Source: Sphyrna mokarran
Taxonomy: Eukaryota
Assembly: GCA_024679065.1 (NCBI GenBank)
Contig: JAGIQG010000022.1
Span: 26,784,001 to 26,848,000, forward strand
DNA: 64,000 nucleotides
Reading direction: 5' to 3'
A program made the translations under genes and the position numbers. This document shows, in pieces, positions 11,750 to 24,623 of the stretch (positions within the stretch are counted from its first letter, which is position 1; every line of letters starts with the position of its first letter). The notes beneath the pieces are model-generated. The model made no database searches and had not been told where the DNA came from. It saw nothing but the letters and a program-made list of their open reading frames with translations.

Positions 11750-13877
11750 AACCATCCTGATCTGGTGAATGTAACATTGTGAAACATCCCCAAACTTGGC
11801 AGATACAAAAAGCAAAACCAAAGATGCGTTAAAGCAGGCAGCAAAGCTCATGATCAAAGAGGTCACTAAGAAGAGGTTATTAACAGAAGGAAGGTGATGC
11901 CACAGCAAAGGGACATAGATAAAGTACTTCTGAGTGTTGAATTGAATCAGCTAAATTCTCAATCACTGAATCATTCTGGAAGGGTCCCCAGTGGATAGAA
12001 AATTGCAAATGTTAAATTTCTATTGAAGAAAGGAAGAGACTAATTAGCCTAAGATCTGTGTTGGAAAAACGTTAGAATCTATTATTAAGCAGCAGGGCAT
12101 TTACAAAATAATTGTGCAAGGTCAACATGGTTTTTTGAATAAATGATATTGGACAAATTGAATAAGTTCTTTTGAGACTATAGTGAGTAGTGTAGATAGA
12201 GGTACCAGTAGATGTCGTGTATTTAGATAATCAAATATCTTTATATTAGATGCCATACAAAAGGTTACTGCACAAGATAAGAGTTCATGGTCTAATGGGT
12301 GATGTAATAGTTTGATAATGTACCTTTAAGGGATTTTTTTTTAAATCACATTTTGTGCAGCTGTCTCATTGTGAGCGATTTGTAGATGTCCTTTTATTGC
12401 TTTCTCAATGATTTAAATGGGCTCTTGTTTGTTTTTACTCTAGGATCTTTGACCCTGCATTGTTAAAAGGAAAACTGGTTACCTGGTCATGTGTTCTGGA
12501 CAGTCTTTTTTTTCCTTCCCAGTGAATTTAATGTTTCACTTTGGTTGGCAGCAGTTTTAGTTTTTAGAAAGGACTTCAAGCTGAAAAGAAGTGTTTCTCT
12601 CTCTCCATGTTTTTTGGAAATTCTGCTAGTTAGTTGAAAGCATGGCTTCTTGCCTTCCTAGAGAAGAAAATCTGTTGGTGGCTTAATCAGAGAGTCTTCC
12701 TGGTACTCTGGGAAACTATTCTGACTTCAGATTGTTCTGGGTGTATCCAGAAGGCTGAGAAGTCACAGTTTCAATTTTCTAACCAAAGAACTCAGTTCCA
12801 GTATCACGTGAATATTAGTGTTTGCTGTGTGAAACCTATGGAAAGAGTTTTGTCCATGGGAAGTTTTGTTTGATTGAAACGTTTTGGATAAAGTTGTTAA
12901 GGATTATACATTATTATTGTGCTTTTGTTTTTGTTTGTAATTGAAAGAAGTTATAGCTAATTTTTTTCTGTACATGTTAACTGTACTCTTAGATAAATTT
13001 TGTTTGATAAAACTTCCTAGTCGGTCATTTGAATCTTGCCTGAACTGAGACATATGTTTCCTAAAGTCAAATTCAAAGTGCAGAATTTATGATCCTAGCA
13101 GGCTTCATAAAATACTTTGGAGTTTCTGACCGGAATCATAACAATAGTATATAAAGAAGACTGGTTCGGTGACAGGGACAGAATCAGATAAATGGATCAT
13201 TTTCAGGTTTGCTTAACTGTAACAAGTAGAGTTTTACAGAATCAGTGTTAGGACCTTATCTATTTACAATCTATATCAGTGACTTGAGATCAAAATTAAG
13301 TGAAAGGGGTTGACTCTATTGAAGTCAGATTTGCTGCTGATACGAAGATGGGTAGGAAAATGAGTTGAGAGGAGGTTACAAAGCATCTGTAAAAAGATAT
13401 GAATACATTAAGTAACTGAAACATTGGTAGATGGAATATAATGTGGGAAAATGTGAGATTATCAACTTTGGCATGTAGAAAAGCAAAGAAAGTATGCAGA
13501 ATGCTGAGGTATAGGAAGAACTGAACATGCTTGTATATGAATCACATGTTGGCATTTTGGTACAGCAAGTAATTAGGATGGCAAGTGGAATGTTGGGCTT
13601 TTTGCAAGGGGGCTGGAAGATAAAGATTAGGGAAGTAAGTATTGCCACACTATAGAGAGCATTGTTGAGACTGTAACTAGAGTACCATGCCCAGTTTTAG
13701 TGTCCTTACTTAAGGAATGATATATATGCATTGCAGACAGTTCAAAGAAGGCAAACAAGGCTGACTCCATGGATGGAGGGGTTGTCTGATGAGAAACAGT
13801 TGAGCCTATAATTATTGGAGTTCAGAAGAATGAGAAGTAAACTTACTGAAACATAGAGAAATTTTATGGGGTCTGTA
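11750..13877 (+). mobile_element. Old CR1 LINE ORF2 relic, interrupted by a solo-LTR-like insert
   Basis: Degenerate QHGF (12123), FAADTK (13330), WxMEYNVGKC (13426) and LEYHAQF (13678) motifs with many stops and frameshifts. Confidence 0.85.
12311..13143. mobile_element. Solo-LTR-like insertion (833 bp) with 4-bp TSD ATAG
   Basis: ATAG at 12307-12310 and 13144-13147; ends CATAACA; removing it restores the CR1 frame (GDVIVYKEDW). The 5' end reads TTTGAT rather than canonical TG. Confidence 0.7.
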
Positions 13878-14729
13878 GATTTAGTTTGATTTATTGTCAC
13901 ATGTACTAGGATACAGTGAAAAGTATTGTTTCTTGGGCGTGATACAGGCAAAACATACCAGTCATGAAGTACACTGGAAAAAAGGATGGGATGCAGAATA
14001 TGGTGTTGGAGTTTGGGTAAATCAAAAAATCAGCTTAATATATGATAGGACCATTCAAAAGTCTTATGGCAGTAGAGAAGAAGCTTGAGTCTAATGGTAC
14101 ATGTTTTCAGACTTTTGTATCTTTTTCCTGTTGGAAAAGAGTATATCCATGGTGCATGGGGTCTTTGATAATGCCAGTTGCTTTTCCGAGGTAGCGGGAA
14201 GCGTACGTGTAGTCAATGGATGGGAGGCTGGTTTGCATGATGTACTCGGCTATATTCACAACTCCTTCTAGTTTCTTTCTGTCTTGGTCAGACCAGGAGC
14301 AGTACCAAGCTGTGATACATCCAGGTAGGATGCTTTCTATATGCAATTACAAACATTGAGGGAGAGATCATTGTTGTCACACTATTTCAACAGATTCTGT
14401 ATCTCTTTCCTGTACTCTGTCTCATCATCGTTTGAGGTCTGACCCACTACAGTGGTGTTGTCGGCAAGCTTGGAAATGGAGTTGGAGCAGAATTAGGCCA
14501 CATAGTCATAGATGTATAATGTGTACGGTAAGAGGCTGAGGACATAAGTTTGAGAGGCACGACTATTATAATTGTGAGGGAAGTGTTGTTAGCTATCCTT
14601 ACTGATTGTGTTCTGTGCATTAGGAAGCCCAGGAAACATTGGGAACCCTAACCCACACAGCCTGGAAATGAGTTTTGTTGGAATTATGATGTTGAAGGTT
14701 GAGCTGTAGTCAATAAATAGGAATCTGAC
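13878..14729 (-). mobile_element. Rex1/Babar-like LINE, 3' segment
   Basis: IESILPGCITAWY...DRKKLEGVVNIA; RT motif RFLFIDYSSTFN at the right end; tail gtgacaataaatcaaa. Confidence 0.85.
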
Positions 14730-14771
14730 TTTTTTCAATTCATCTGTGGGACGTGGGTGTTGCTAGCTGGC

Positions 14772-15176
14772 GAGAGGTCAGCAAGACCACGCCCTCTGCC
14801 CTGGAAGCCTCATCAGATGAACTGTATCCGAGGTCACCATTGCAAATATCAGAGCAGCATTCTCTCAACTCACAGAAAGAAACTGGCCTGGATGGAGTAC
14901 CCAGATGAGCAATCGGATCCTGCGTAGACCAGCTGGAGGGAGTATTCGTGGACATCTTCACCCCTCTTTGCAACAGTTTGAGGTCCCTATTTACTTCAAT
15001 AAGCCAATCATCATCCCTGTATCAAAGAGAAGCCAAGCAGCTTGCCTTAACAACTATCATCCAGTGCCTCTGACATCCATCGTTATGAAGTGCTTTGAAA
15101 GATTAGTCATGGCACAAATCAATTCCGGCCTCTCAGATTGCCTGGATCGACTACAGTTCACTTACCTCCACTGCAG
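14772..15176 (+). mobile_element. Rex1/Babar-like LINE, inverted 5' segment
   Basis: TGLDGVP...IIIPVSK...CLNNYHPVPLTSIVMKCFERLV...DRLQFTY. Confidence 0.85.
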
Positions 15177-16377
15177 ATTAAGTCAATGTTACATTTTGTT
15201 GCGGGTCAGATCTCTCAAAGTCTGAAGGCGGTTCCTACTTGCAATACTTCTGTATGTATGAATACTCATAATAAAATGTTTTGTAATTATATCTTGCATT
15301 TAAGATTGTGTCGTTAGTACTTGAAAGTCTAATGAAACATCTGGTTCACATTCTTTCCAAAGTGACACAAAACGCTCAGCTTTGTGTAGTCAGTGGTTTT
15401 CCTGGTTATCCTCTGCAGCTCGAGCAAGGGGTGCAGTAGAACAGCAGCTTACGTGGAGATTCCAGACCAGAAAGGGCAATGAGAGGGGTTGTAGAGTGGG
15501 GTCAGGGTGGAAGGGGGATTCAACGGAGGGTGGAGATTTGAGATTGAGGAACAGAAGAGTGCAAGAGGGATAAGCATGGCATTCTGGGTTTGGCAGAGTA
15601 AGTCAGTCAAGGTAAGAAAATGAGGGGCCTAAAGGGCAGAGTTAGCACTGTTAATACGTGTATCCCTGTGTACTATCTGGCATGGCCCTTCTAGAACATT
15701 GTGTTCACCTACAACATTTCAAAGATCCAATTATCTCCGCAGTGTGAAATCTCAGGCAATCTTCTTTATAAAGCATGGAAGGGTGGACCAGCTGAACTTG
15801 CAAGCTCAGTCATGCCCCACAGAATAACAAGTGGACACTAAAATCAACATTCAAGAAAGAATAAGTGCAGAAATGCGTAATCATTTCTCCCATAATAAAG
15901 AAATGTTCCAAACTCCCCAATAACAATAAAATGAGGTTTCCAGTACATTTAAGTCCCTGATTAAATTGGTCTCAACAAATAACAATGTTGTACATATGAA
16001 TAACGTGTTAGCACTGTAATTGAAATATTTGTTAGTGAAAGTTATATTTAACCCATGCCACCTTTTATGCTCCTAGTAAGTTGTATGTTAATAGCATTGG
16101 TGTTTGGCAGTAAAGTTATAGTCATAATGCAGAGCCTTCCTGTTTGGCTATAGGATTCTGTTATTGCCCCTACATAACTTTTACATCATCAGTTGATGGT
16201 AGATTTCATTATAGTCCCACTGTATGACTGCAATGTCTTCCATGCACACTGCCAACATCTTAAATTTTAATTGGAATTGTGTAGGGAAACTGGCAAAAAG
16301 CAAGAGAGCAGAAATAATATGAGTTTCTGGTTCCACCATGGGGACTGGTGCACCATGGTTAAAATCCCATCCATATA

Positions 16378-16718
16378 GAAGGGACTTGACAGATTAGATG
16401 CTGTGTGAATGTCCCCCCTCATTGGGGAAATCTAGAACTAAAGGGCACAGTTTAAAAATAAGGAGGCCACCCAGTTGAGACAGAGATGAGGAGGAATTCC
16501 TCTTGTGTCAGGACTGTTTGTCTTTGCAATTCTGTTCCATGGTGGGCAATAGAGGCTGGATCATTGAGTGTGTTGGATGGATGTTTGATCTACAAGAGGA
16601 TCAAGGATTGGGGTAGGAGTCAAGTGGAATTTAGACCACGATCAGATCAGCCGTGACATTGAATGGCAGTGCTAATTCAATAGATGGAGTGGCCTGCTCT
16701 CTTATTTCGTATGATCTG
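16378..16718 (+). mobile_element. Old CR1 3' end, possibly the continuation of 11750-13877
   Basis: Reads GLDRLDA...SRTKGHSLKI, followed by a 3' UTR with agatcagccgtga...gaatggc...tggcctgctc. It starts about where the upstream piece stops. Confidence 0.75.
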
Positions 16719-18262
16719 ATGACAGCCTAGAAAGTTGATGGCATGGTGTTCATTCTTCAGTGCTAGTATGGGTGCTTCAACATCCAATATGGCAGATATA
16801 TGCACTCATTGACATTGGAAGTGTGCCATCGGTATATAAACACAGATAAAGAAACATGGAAGGACTGCTCCTGTAACAGGCATTGGGCAATTTACATAAG
16901 CAAGCAAAGACCTAATATCCCATTCCCCAGGAACACCTCACCCTTACTTAGGGGTTAGCTAGTAAGAAAGTCAATTCCACCTTAAATTTGACTAAGTTCT
17001 TGATGTTTACTTGCAATACTTCTGCTTGTTAACACTTGATGCATTAAAGCTAATGCTTGCAAGAAGGGAAACAATTAACGGATGATTCAAGGAGAGTAAA
17101 GGCTGATGTCTCCTCATAGCCATGAGAAACATGATATGCCTGTTTAAATTACCTATGTGCCTGACTTCAGAAGATAAAAATTTCTTAGCATACCCAAAAG
17201 CAAGAGACTAGAGGAAGTAAATATGACACTGAGAATCACTACATCAACCAGGTCTGACATCAGTCATTAGCAAGAAAAGGACATTAGTAAGCATCTGAAG
17301 CAAACAACGCTCCTACTTAATATTCCGGATGTGATCAGCTTAAAGTAAAGCATTGTTATTCACTCCGACTGAAAATTTACAAACTTTTGTAGAACTCCCT
17401 GCAGATATTATTTCAGAGAAAGTTTCTAGTGAAAAATTTTCTCCTTAAAACTACATAAACTGATGAATTGTAACTTGGAGATCTTAGTCAACATTCTTTT
17501 AGGCATTTAGAGAAAAATGGTGTTTTTACTATCAGCTATTTCTTCTTGTGTACTCACTGATTGTTCTGAGCGCTAACATTTGATATTTGCAGATGCTTCT
17601 TGTCATCATCTCTCCCTGAAGTTTTGATTGTATTTTAACACGTATGTTTTCAGTAGGATATCAAAGCAGCATTAAGTAGATTTCTATAGTTATCAGTAAA
17701 GTCTTAGGTGTAATTTGACTGCCATGATAGATGAACCTGAAGTCTCCTCTACTATCCTACCCTGAATTGGGCAGGATAGAAGTGGGTAAACAGGGATGAT
17801 AGTTTATGCCTTTCCCATGTTGAGTTTGAAAGCCAGGAAGACATTTAAATGAGCAGGATGGTGGTTGGTGAGAGCCCTGCTGCCTCAGTGCCCTCTGATT
17901 AAGTAGGTGATGGGAAAGCACAAGGATGATTGAGTAGGAGAAGTTGGGAACACAGTGCCCCTGTAATGCTCCAGGAAAGGGCTTCTTGATGTGGCAGTAA
18001 GGTCAGTCACCGTACAAGGATCACGAAATGCAAACCAGTGTAAGTTGCTTGTGGCCTCCCAGGGAGAGGACCTTTATTTACAGACTCTTGGTTCTCAATT
18101 AGGCTTCCAACGTCAAGAAGGACAGAGACCCTTTGGGAGATACTGTCCTGCCCTTGATGCTGAAGCGGGTCACTTTGCAATCCTGGGCTCTAGTGAATGT
18201 ATTTCCAACCACCATCTCCTCGGTGGCAATGCTGAGCAAAAGAGCTGCTAATATTTTGTTGG

Positions 18263-18500
18263 AGTAAGAAGTCTTACAACACCAGGTTATCCAACAGGCT
18301 TATTTGGTAGCAAATGCCATTAACTTTTGGAGCGTTGCTCCTTTGTCAGGTAAGTGGGAGATCTGTTCACAAACTGGACACATAAAGACACAAACTCAAT
18401 TATGTGAGTTTGTCAACAGATTTATTAAATCTGTTGGACTTTAACCTGGTATTGTGAGACTTCTTCCTATGTTTACCCAACGCTGGCATCTCCATGTTAT
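18263..18500. mobile_element. Second copy of the fold-back Penelope-like element (family 1)
   Basis: Same termini (gtaagaagtc..caacaccaggtta / taacctggtattgtgagacttctt) and the same 3' extension. Minus-strand core CTGACaA-aggagc-aac-gctcc-aAAAG is decayed at two CpGs. Confidence 0.75.
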
Positions 18501-18647
18501 GCGCAGTGTTACAGAGATAGGGTGGGAGGTGGTCTTGGAGTGGGTGTTCTTTTGGAGAGTTGGTGCAGGCTTGATAGACTGAATGACCTTCTTCTGCACT
18601 AAAGGGAGTCTATGGTTCTATGGATTTACTACATAATGAAAGGTATT

Positions 18648-18774
18648 AGCCAGAATTATACCTTCCTACTCACCACAGGAATTGGAGTGGGCAAGGAGTG
18701 AACCATGGAGAGATCCATTGATCTCGGGCAGAATTTGATGATTTCAGGATGAGTGAGGCTGTAAAATTCTGCCC
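18648..18774. mobile_element. Short MITE-like element
   Basis: Termini agccagaattatac / gtaaaattctgccc. Confidence 0.55.
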
Positions 18775-20546
18775 TACGTGTTGTTGTTAACTTAAATCAA
18801 TGTCCCCTCATTCTCATTAATAAAATCAATAGAAAATCCATAATTTCTGTCCATGCCCATCACAATTTTAAATATCTTTTTGAAATCTCCAATGTTCTCT
18901 AAGGAGAAGAGCTATTGTTTCTTCGCACTGTCTACGTAACTGAATTTCCTCATCTCTGGAATCATTCTGGAGAATTGATTCTGATGGTTACGTATATTGA
19001 TCCGAACAGGCACCAGACTGTGGCAACTAGGGGAATTTCACAGTAACTTGTAAGCCTTACTTGTGACTAATAAAAAAAACTTTACTTTTACTTTAGTGTT
19101 ACACCATGAAAATGAAATTCCAAATGAGGTTTATGTCCAAATATGCAACAGGATAAAAAGGATTGAGAATATAGGTCCTCACAATAGTTCTATAATTAGC
19201 TTCTCCAATTCATGGAATCATGCCTGTTTATTACTTTGAGTTATTTCTTGAACTACGGATGGAAGGTCACGGGAAGATGCGTTGTCCATGAACTGAATTG
19301 CAGAAATGCTCTTAATATTCAAACATATCAGTTTAATTCATGATGTTGTCCTTGCCTGAATAGGCATCAGATATGGGAATTACTCATTGCTCTCATTCAA
19401 TAACCTATTTACAGGTGTAGGCTTGACACAGGTAAAACAAATGCCATTTATGTTCAAGAAGAATGTACACATCTATTTCTCATTTATAACATAATTTAAA
19501 ATAAAAGGGTCATTAAACACCTCAGGCATAGCATTGCTTCTATTGATGAGTGAGCAGGCACTGCACGTAACTGGGTACCAGTAAGCTGCCTGTGTAGGAT
19601 AATGAATAACTCTGTGGTACTCTGCGCAACAGATAACATGCTTGGAACCATAGCTGCATTATCAAGCCTTAGCAGTTAAGGACTGCTGACTGCCCCTTGT
19701 CTCTGGGAAATTCTCTGCAATGGGAAGCAGAGGTACTGGGTAAGTAGATAAGGTAGTGTAGCCTAACATGAGACGATTCCAGGGTTTTATGTTTCTAAAA
19801 ATGGCATCACCTACAGTCTCCTTTCTAAATGGGGACTTGACAGATGCAACGATCCTAAACTATTCCAGCCACATTCTTGAATTCATCTGATTTTATATAA
19901 AAGTCTTGGCCCTGGTGAATTTTATATCCAGATTGTGGAGGGGGTGTTCCTCTCCCTTCCATATACCCTTCACCCAATTTTGGGTATGATGCTTTTCTTA
20001 GTCAAGTTAGATGTTATGGTCTTTGTGAACTTGAGGGCATTTTGCCTTTCAAATACCAATCAAATGACTCTTGTGTCATACTGCTATATAACCTGTACCT
20101 TTTTATTCAGTGAAGTAATGGATTTAGTTTTAAATGAGAAAAGTGTCTACTTTGTCTTTCAGAGTTTGACCTATGTCTCCTCATCCAAGCATTTTTTGAA
20201 TTTTCACTTTTGCCAGACAGTCACATCTATAGGAAGCATATACTGAATACATGGACACCTACCACGCATGGACTTCCAATCTTTCAAAACAATTATCTGA
20301 GAATTATCAACGTTGTGTGGCTGTATTTCTGGTATTTACTGCCAGTATGCTAGAAGCATAAAATTCTCTTTGCCTTTTTTGCCTTGCAAATTCCATTCTC
20401 TTTTACAGACTGTTGTAGTTGTACACAGAATCAAATGGAAGTCTGTAATGACAACATTAATGACAACTGTAATGACATTTTAATGCAACTTTTGGAGGTT
20501 AGTTTGCCATCTGCACTCAACTTAGCAGCTGAATCTAAGAGATCCC

Positions 20547-21100
20547 ATTTGATTTTGATTTATTATTGTCACATATATTGGGATATAGTAAAAAGTACTG
20601 TTTTTAGCACATCATATAGACAAAGCATACCATTCATAGAATACATAGAAGGGAAAGAAAGGATAGAGTGCAGAGTATAGGGTACCAATCATTTTTTTAA
20701 CTTTATTAGTATCACAAGTAGACTTGCATTAACACTGCAATGAAGTTACTATGAAAATAAGTAAGGAGAAAGATCAACTTAATATATAGTAGATCCATTC
20801 AAAAGGCTGATGGCAGCAGGGAAGAAGCTGTTCTTGTGTTGGTTGGTGTGTAACCTCAGACTTTGTACCTTTTTTCACACAAAAGAAGATGGAAGAGAGA
20901 ATGTCCAAGTGTGTGGAGTCCTTGATTTCGCTGGTTGCTTTTCAGGTAGCAGGAAATGTAGACAGAGTCAATGGATGGGAGGCTGGTTTGCTTGATAGAC
21001 TGGGCAATATTCATAACCCATTGTAGTTTCTTGCTGTCTTGTTCAGAACAGGAGCCAAATCAAGTAGTGGATGTTTTCTTTGGTGCGTCTGTAAAAATGG
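20547..21100 (-). mobile_element. Rex1/Babar-like LINE 3' fragment with a SINE tail inserted at ~20695-20760
   Basis: Same 3' UTR and tail as 61660-62622. Confidence 0.8.
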
Positions 21101-21602
21101 TCATTGGTTCCATAACAATGAAGTACAATGTGCTGTCAAAGCATTATTTGCCATGATAACCAACATTGGCGCTGGCAAGCTAACAGTTCATGGTTTATAC
21201 GCAGAATTCAAATCGTAAGTTTCTGAACTGAAAGTCCTTCAGAGGTTATCTTTTACCTTTGGAGCTGTGAAGATGGTGATAATATTGTGAAATTCTATGC
21301 TGTGCCATTCCTTCCCAGATGTTGCTACATCCCAGAACTAATATTGATCGGATTTTCATGTTTGAAGCATTTACCTCTCCAGTTTTGACTTCCAGACATT
21401 AATTACACTAACTCTTGGAATACAATGCAAATACCCTGACTAACTGAAGTTGTTCCCTGTTCTTAAGGGAAATAAGTCCATTTTCATACATGTCACAAGG
21501 TTATTTTTCTGATTTGAGTTTCAATTTATTTTTACTCTTGGATTTTACACTTATGTAGCATCTTATCAAATTCTCAGGCTCATTCAAAGCAATTCAGTAC
21601 CA

Positions 21603-21898
21603 GAGTGGGATTGTCATTGGACTAGAAATCCAGGGCCTAATGTAATGCTCTGGGGATGCAGGTCCAAATCCCACCATGGCAGATGAGGATATTTGAATTC
21701 AATATACATCTGGAATTAAGTCTGGCAATAATTGTTAATTGTTGTAAAAACCCACCTGGTTCATTGATGTTCCTTAAGGAAGGAAATCTGCCACCTTTAC
21801 CTGGAGCCTTCCATGTGACTTCAAACCCACAGCAAACCACTCAGTTGAAGGGATGAGGCAATTAGGGAGGGACAACAAATGTAAGAATGAAAAAAAAA
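21603..21898 (+). mobile_element. Second-family SINE
   Basis: Head with ggtccaaatcccacc B-box-like motif; core aaggaaggaaatctgcc; tail ggcaattagggagggacaacaaatg. Confidence 0.8.
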
Positions 21899-21929
21899 CT
21901 CTTCTATCTGACTATTGCTGGGCACTATC

Positions 21930-22270
21930 TTTATTTTTAATCATTTGTGGGACATAGGCACCATCAGCATTCATTGCCCATCTCTCATTTGCCCTGGTTC
22001 GGAGAGCAGTTGAGAATCAACTACATCACTGTGGCTCTGGAGTCACATGTTGGCCTGACCAGATAAGGATGGCAGATTTACTTTCCTAAAGGACCAGTTG
22101 GGTTTTTCTGACAGTCTTCAATGGTTTCATGGTCATCAGTAGATTTTTAATTCCAGATATTTTTAAAATTGAATTCAAGTTACACCAAGTGCCATGATGG
22201 GATTCAAACCCAGATCCCCAGGACATTATCTGAGTTTCTGAATTAATAGTCCAGCGATAGTACCGCTCAG
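21930..22270 (-). mobile_element. Second-family SINE
   Basis: Reverse-complement match to 21603-21898 and direct match to 52715-53030. Confidence 0.8.
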
Positions 22271-22869
22271 CCAAGGACACTGATCTGTGGAAGAGTAAGC
22301 TTGCTGGTATAATGAGATTGAGTGAGGTGCTTGTATTGCAACACCATCTGAACCAGGGAGTGGTTGCCAAAATTAGGCTGACCTGTAAAGCTCTGCAGTC
22401 AGGTCAGTCCAGCTGAAAACAGGCAACATGATTTATATCCGATTTGCTGGAGGAGAAAATCCAGGATGTAACTGCACAATTTATTGAAAGTTTTCCTTGT
22501 TTGAAAATTTATTGAGACTGGTAGAGTTGGGCAAAGCTGGGCAAAGTAAATCCTTAGGATGACAGTGAAGAATGGGGTGAATTCCCGTCTGATTCCATCA
22601 GGATGGGCCATCCGGCCACACTTCAGATTCTACCTAATAATGCAATGGGATTATTGAGTTCAGAGGAAGCCCTGTGGTGTCCAACTCGAAAATCCCATTG
22701 CAAAGGCATCAGAAGCTAAGGCCTCATTCCTGGAACTTTCTCTGCTAACATTCCTGCCTGAAATTGTGTAGGATGGCTGAGGAGAGTAAGGGGTCAATAG
22801 ACTTGTGATGGCTCAGAGTCAGAATTTTGGTGGCAACAGATATTTTACATGTGTTGTGTGGTCCATTTG

Positions 22870-23510
22870 AGAATGCAATGTTGGCCTTTATAGCGAGGGG
22901 GATAGAATATAAAAGTAGGGAGGTCTTGCTGCAACTGTACAGGGCACTGGTGAGGCTGCAGCGAGAGTACTGTGTGCAGTTTTGGTCACCGCATTTGCAG
23001 AAGGATATATTGGCTTTGGAGGGAGTGCAGAGAAAGTTCACCAGGCTGATACCAAAGATGAGGGGTTAGCCTATGAAGAGAGATTGAATAGACTGGGTCT
23101 GTACTCATTGGAGTTTAGAAGTCTGAGGGGGGAACCTTTATAGAGATAATGAAGGGGATAGATAGGGTAGAGGTAGAGAGATTCTTCCTGCTTAGAAAGG
23201 ATAGCAGGACTAGAGGGCACAGCCTCAAATAAGGGGCGGGCAGTTTAGATCGGAGTTGAGGAGGAACTTCTTCACTCAAAGGTGGTGAATCTCTGGAATT
23301 CTCTGCCTGTTGAAGTGGTGGAGGCTACCTCACTGAACATATTTAAGTCACGGGTAGATAGATTTCTGATAGACAAGGGAATTAAGAGTTATGGGGAGAA
23401 AGTGGGAAAGTGGAACTGGTCCACTTCTGTTCAGCCATGATCTTATTGAATGGCGGGGCAGGCTCGAAGGGTTAGATGGTCTACTCCTGCTCCTATTTCT
23501 TATGTTCTTA
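22870..23510 (+). mobile_element. CR1 LINE 3' fragment
   Basis: NAMLAFIARGIEYKSREVLLQLYRALVR...VQFWSP; 3' UTR ends ctcctgctcctatttcttatgttctta. Confidence 0.92.
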
Positions 23511-24378
23511 TAGTCTCCAGTGTTCTTTTCATCATTTTTGACCAGGAGATTCTACTGCCTGCCATTGATATATGTCACAAAGGTTTACAGGTTGATACTC
23601 AACCTGTCTGACTTTATGTATCACCTTTCTTGGCCCAGGGATGGGGCTCAAACCCAGAACTTCTGACTTTGAGGTGGGGATGCTATCCACAGTGCCAAAA
23701 TATCTCTCATAATGGGCTCTGTCTCAGAATCTTGCTGTTACTTCTAAACAAGTGGTACATTGTCTGTAAAAGTAATAAGAACATTTGGTAAAAGTTGATC
23801 ATTTTGAATCCATTACATTTTAATCACCTCAAGTCTACGCATTTACCAATTTTAAACATCAAAGTGCTGCAATTAAGCAATAACTGATTGCATTTTGCTG
23901 TCCAATTATTCAAACAGTAATAGCATGACCAATATAAAGGCCGCTCTGTGCTTCAAGATAATATAATGCGTGCTGGGGGTTTTTTTGTCACTGAGTCAAC
24001 AACTGCATTACTGAGCGTGAGGAATCTCAACCCTGGATCAATGAATCACTGTCTTCAAAAATATCTAATTGTATACCATTCTATTGGTTCTTAGAAAACA
24101 CCTTAAAAATCAATGCTCCATTAAAACCTCATCAACTGAGAAATAAATCTGGTGTGCAGCAACTCAGTGTTGATCTAAAGCAACAGCAAAACTACTCAAC
24201 ATGAACCCTCTTATTTTTCGTATGAATAAACAAAACTACTTATCTTCTTGACAAGGTGGCAGCGTGCCAGGTGAGAAAATGTGCTGTTTCTGGGAAGGGT
24301 TCATTGTGCTCCGATAGTTCTTCTCTTTTCTGAAAATTATTACTCACTGTGGTATAAGGTTGAAAAGAAAGAAGCAAC

Positions 24379-24623
24379 NNNNNNNNNNNNNNNNNNNNNN
24401 NNNNNNNNNNNNNNNNNNNNNNNNNNNNNNNNNNNNNNNNNNNNNNNNNNNNNNNNNNNNNNNNNNNNNNNNNNNNNNNNNNNNNNNNNNNNNNNNNNNN
24501 NNNNNNNNNNNNNNNNNNNNNNNNNNNNNNNNNNNNNNNNNNNNNNNNNNNNNNNNNNNNNNNNNNNNNNNNNNNNNNNNNNNNNNNNNNNNNNNNNNNN
24601 NNNNNNNNNNNNNNNNNNNNNNN
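24379..24623. other. Assembly gap (245 N)
   Basis: Run of N seen directly. Confidence 1.

Noticed and set aside
20409-20497. Possible cryptic exon (ttttacAG ... GAG|GTTAGT)
   Set aside because: No similarity to DOC2B, 89 bp would shift the frame, and it contains a short aatgaca tandem.
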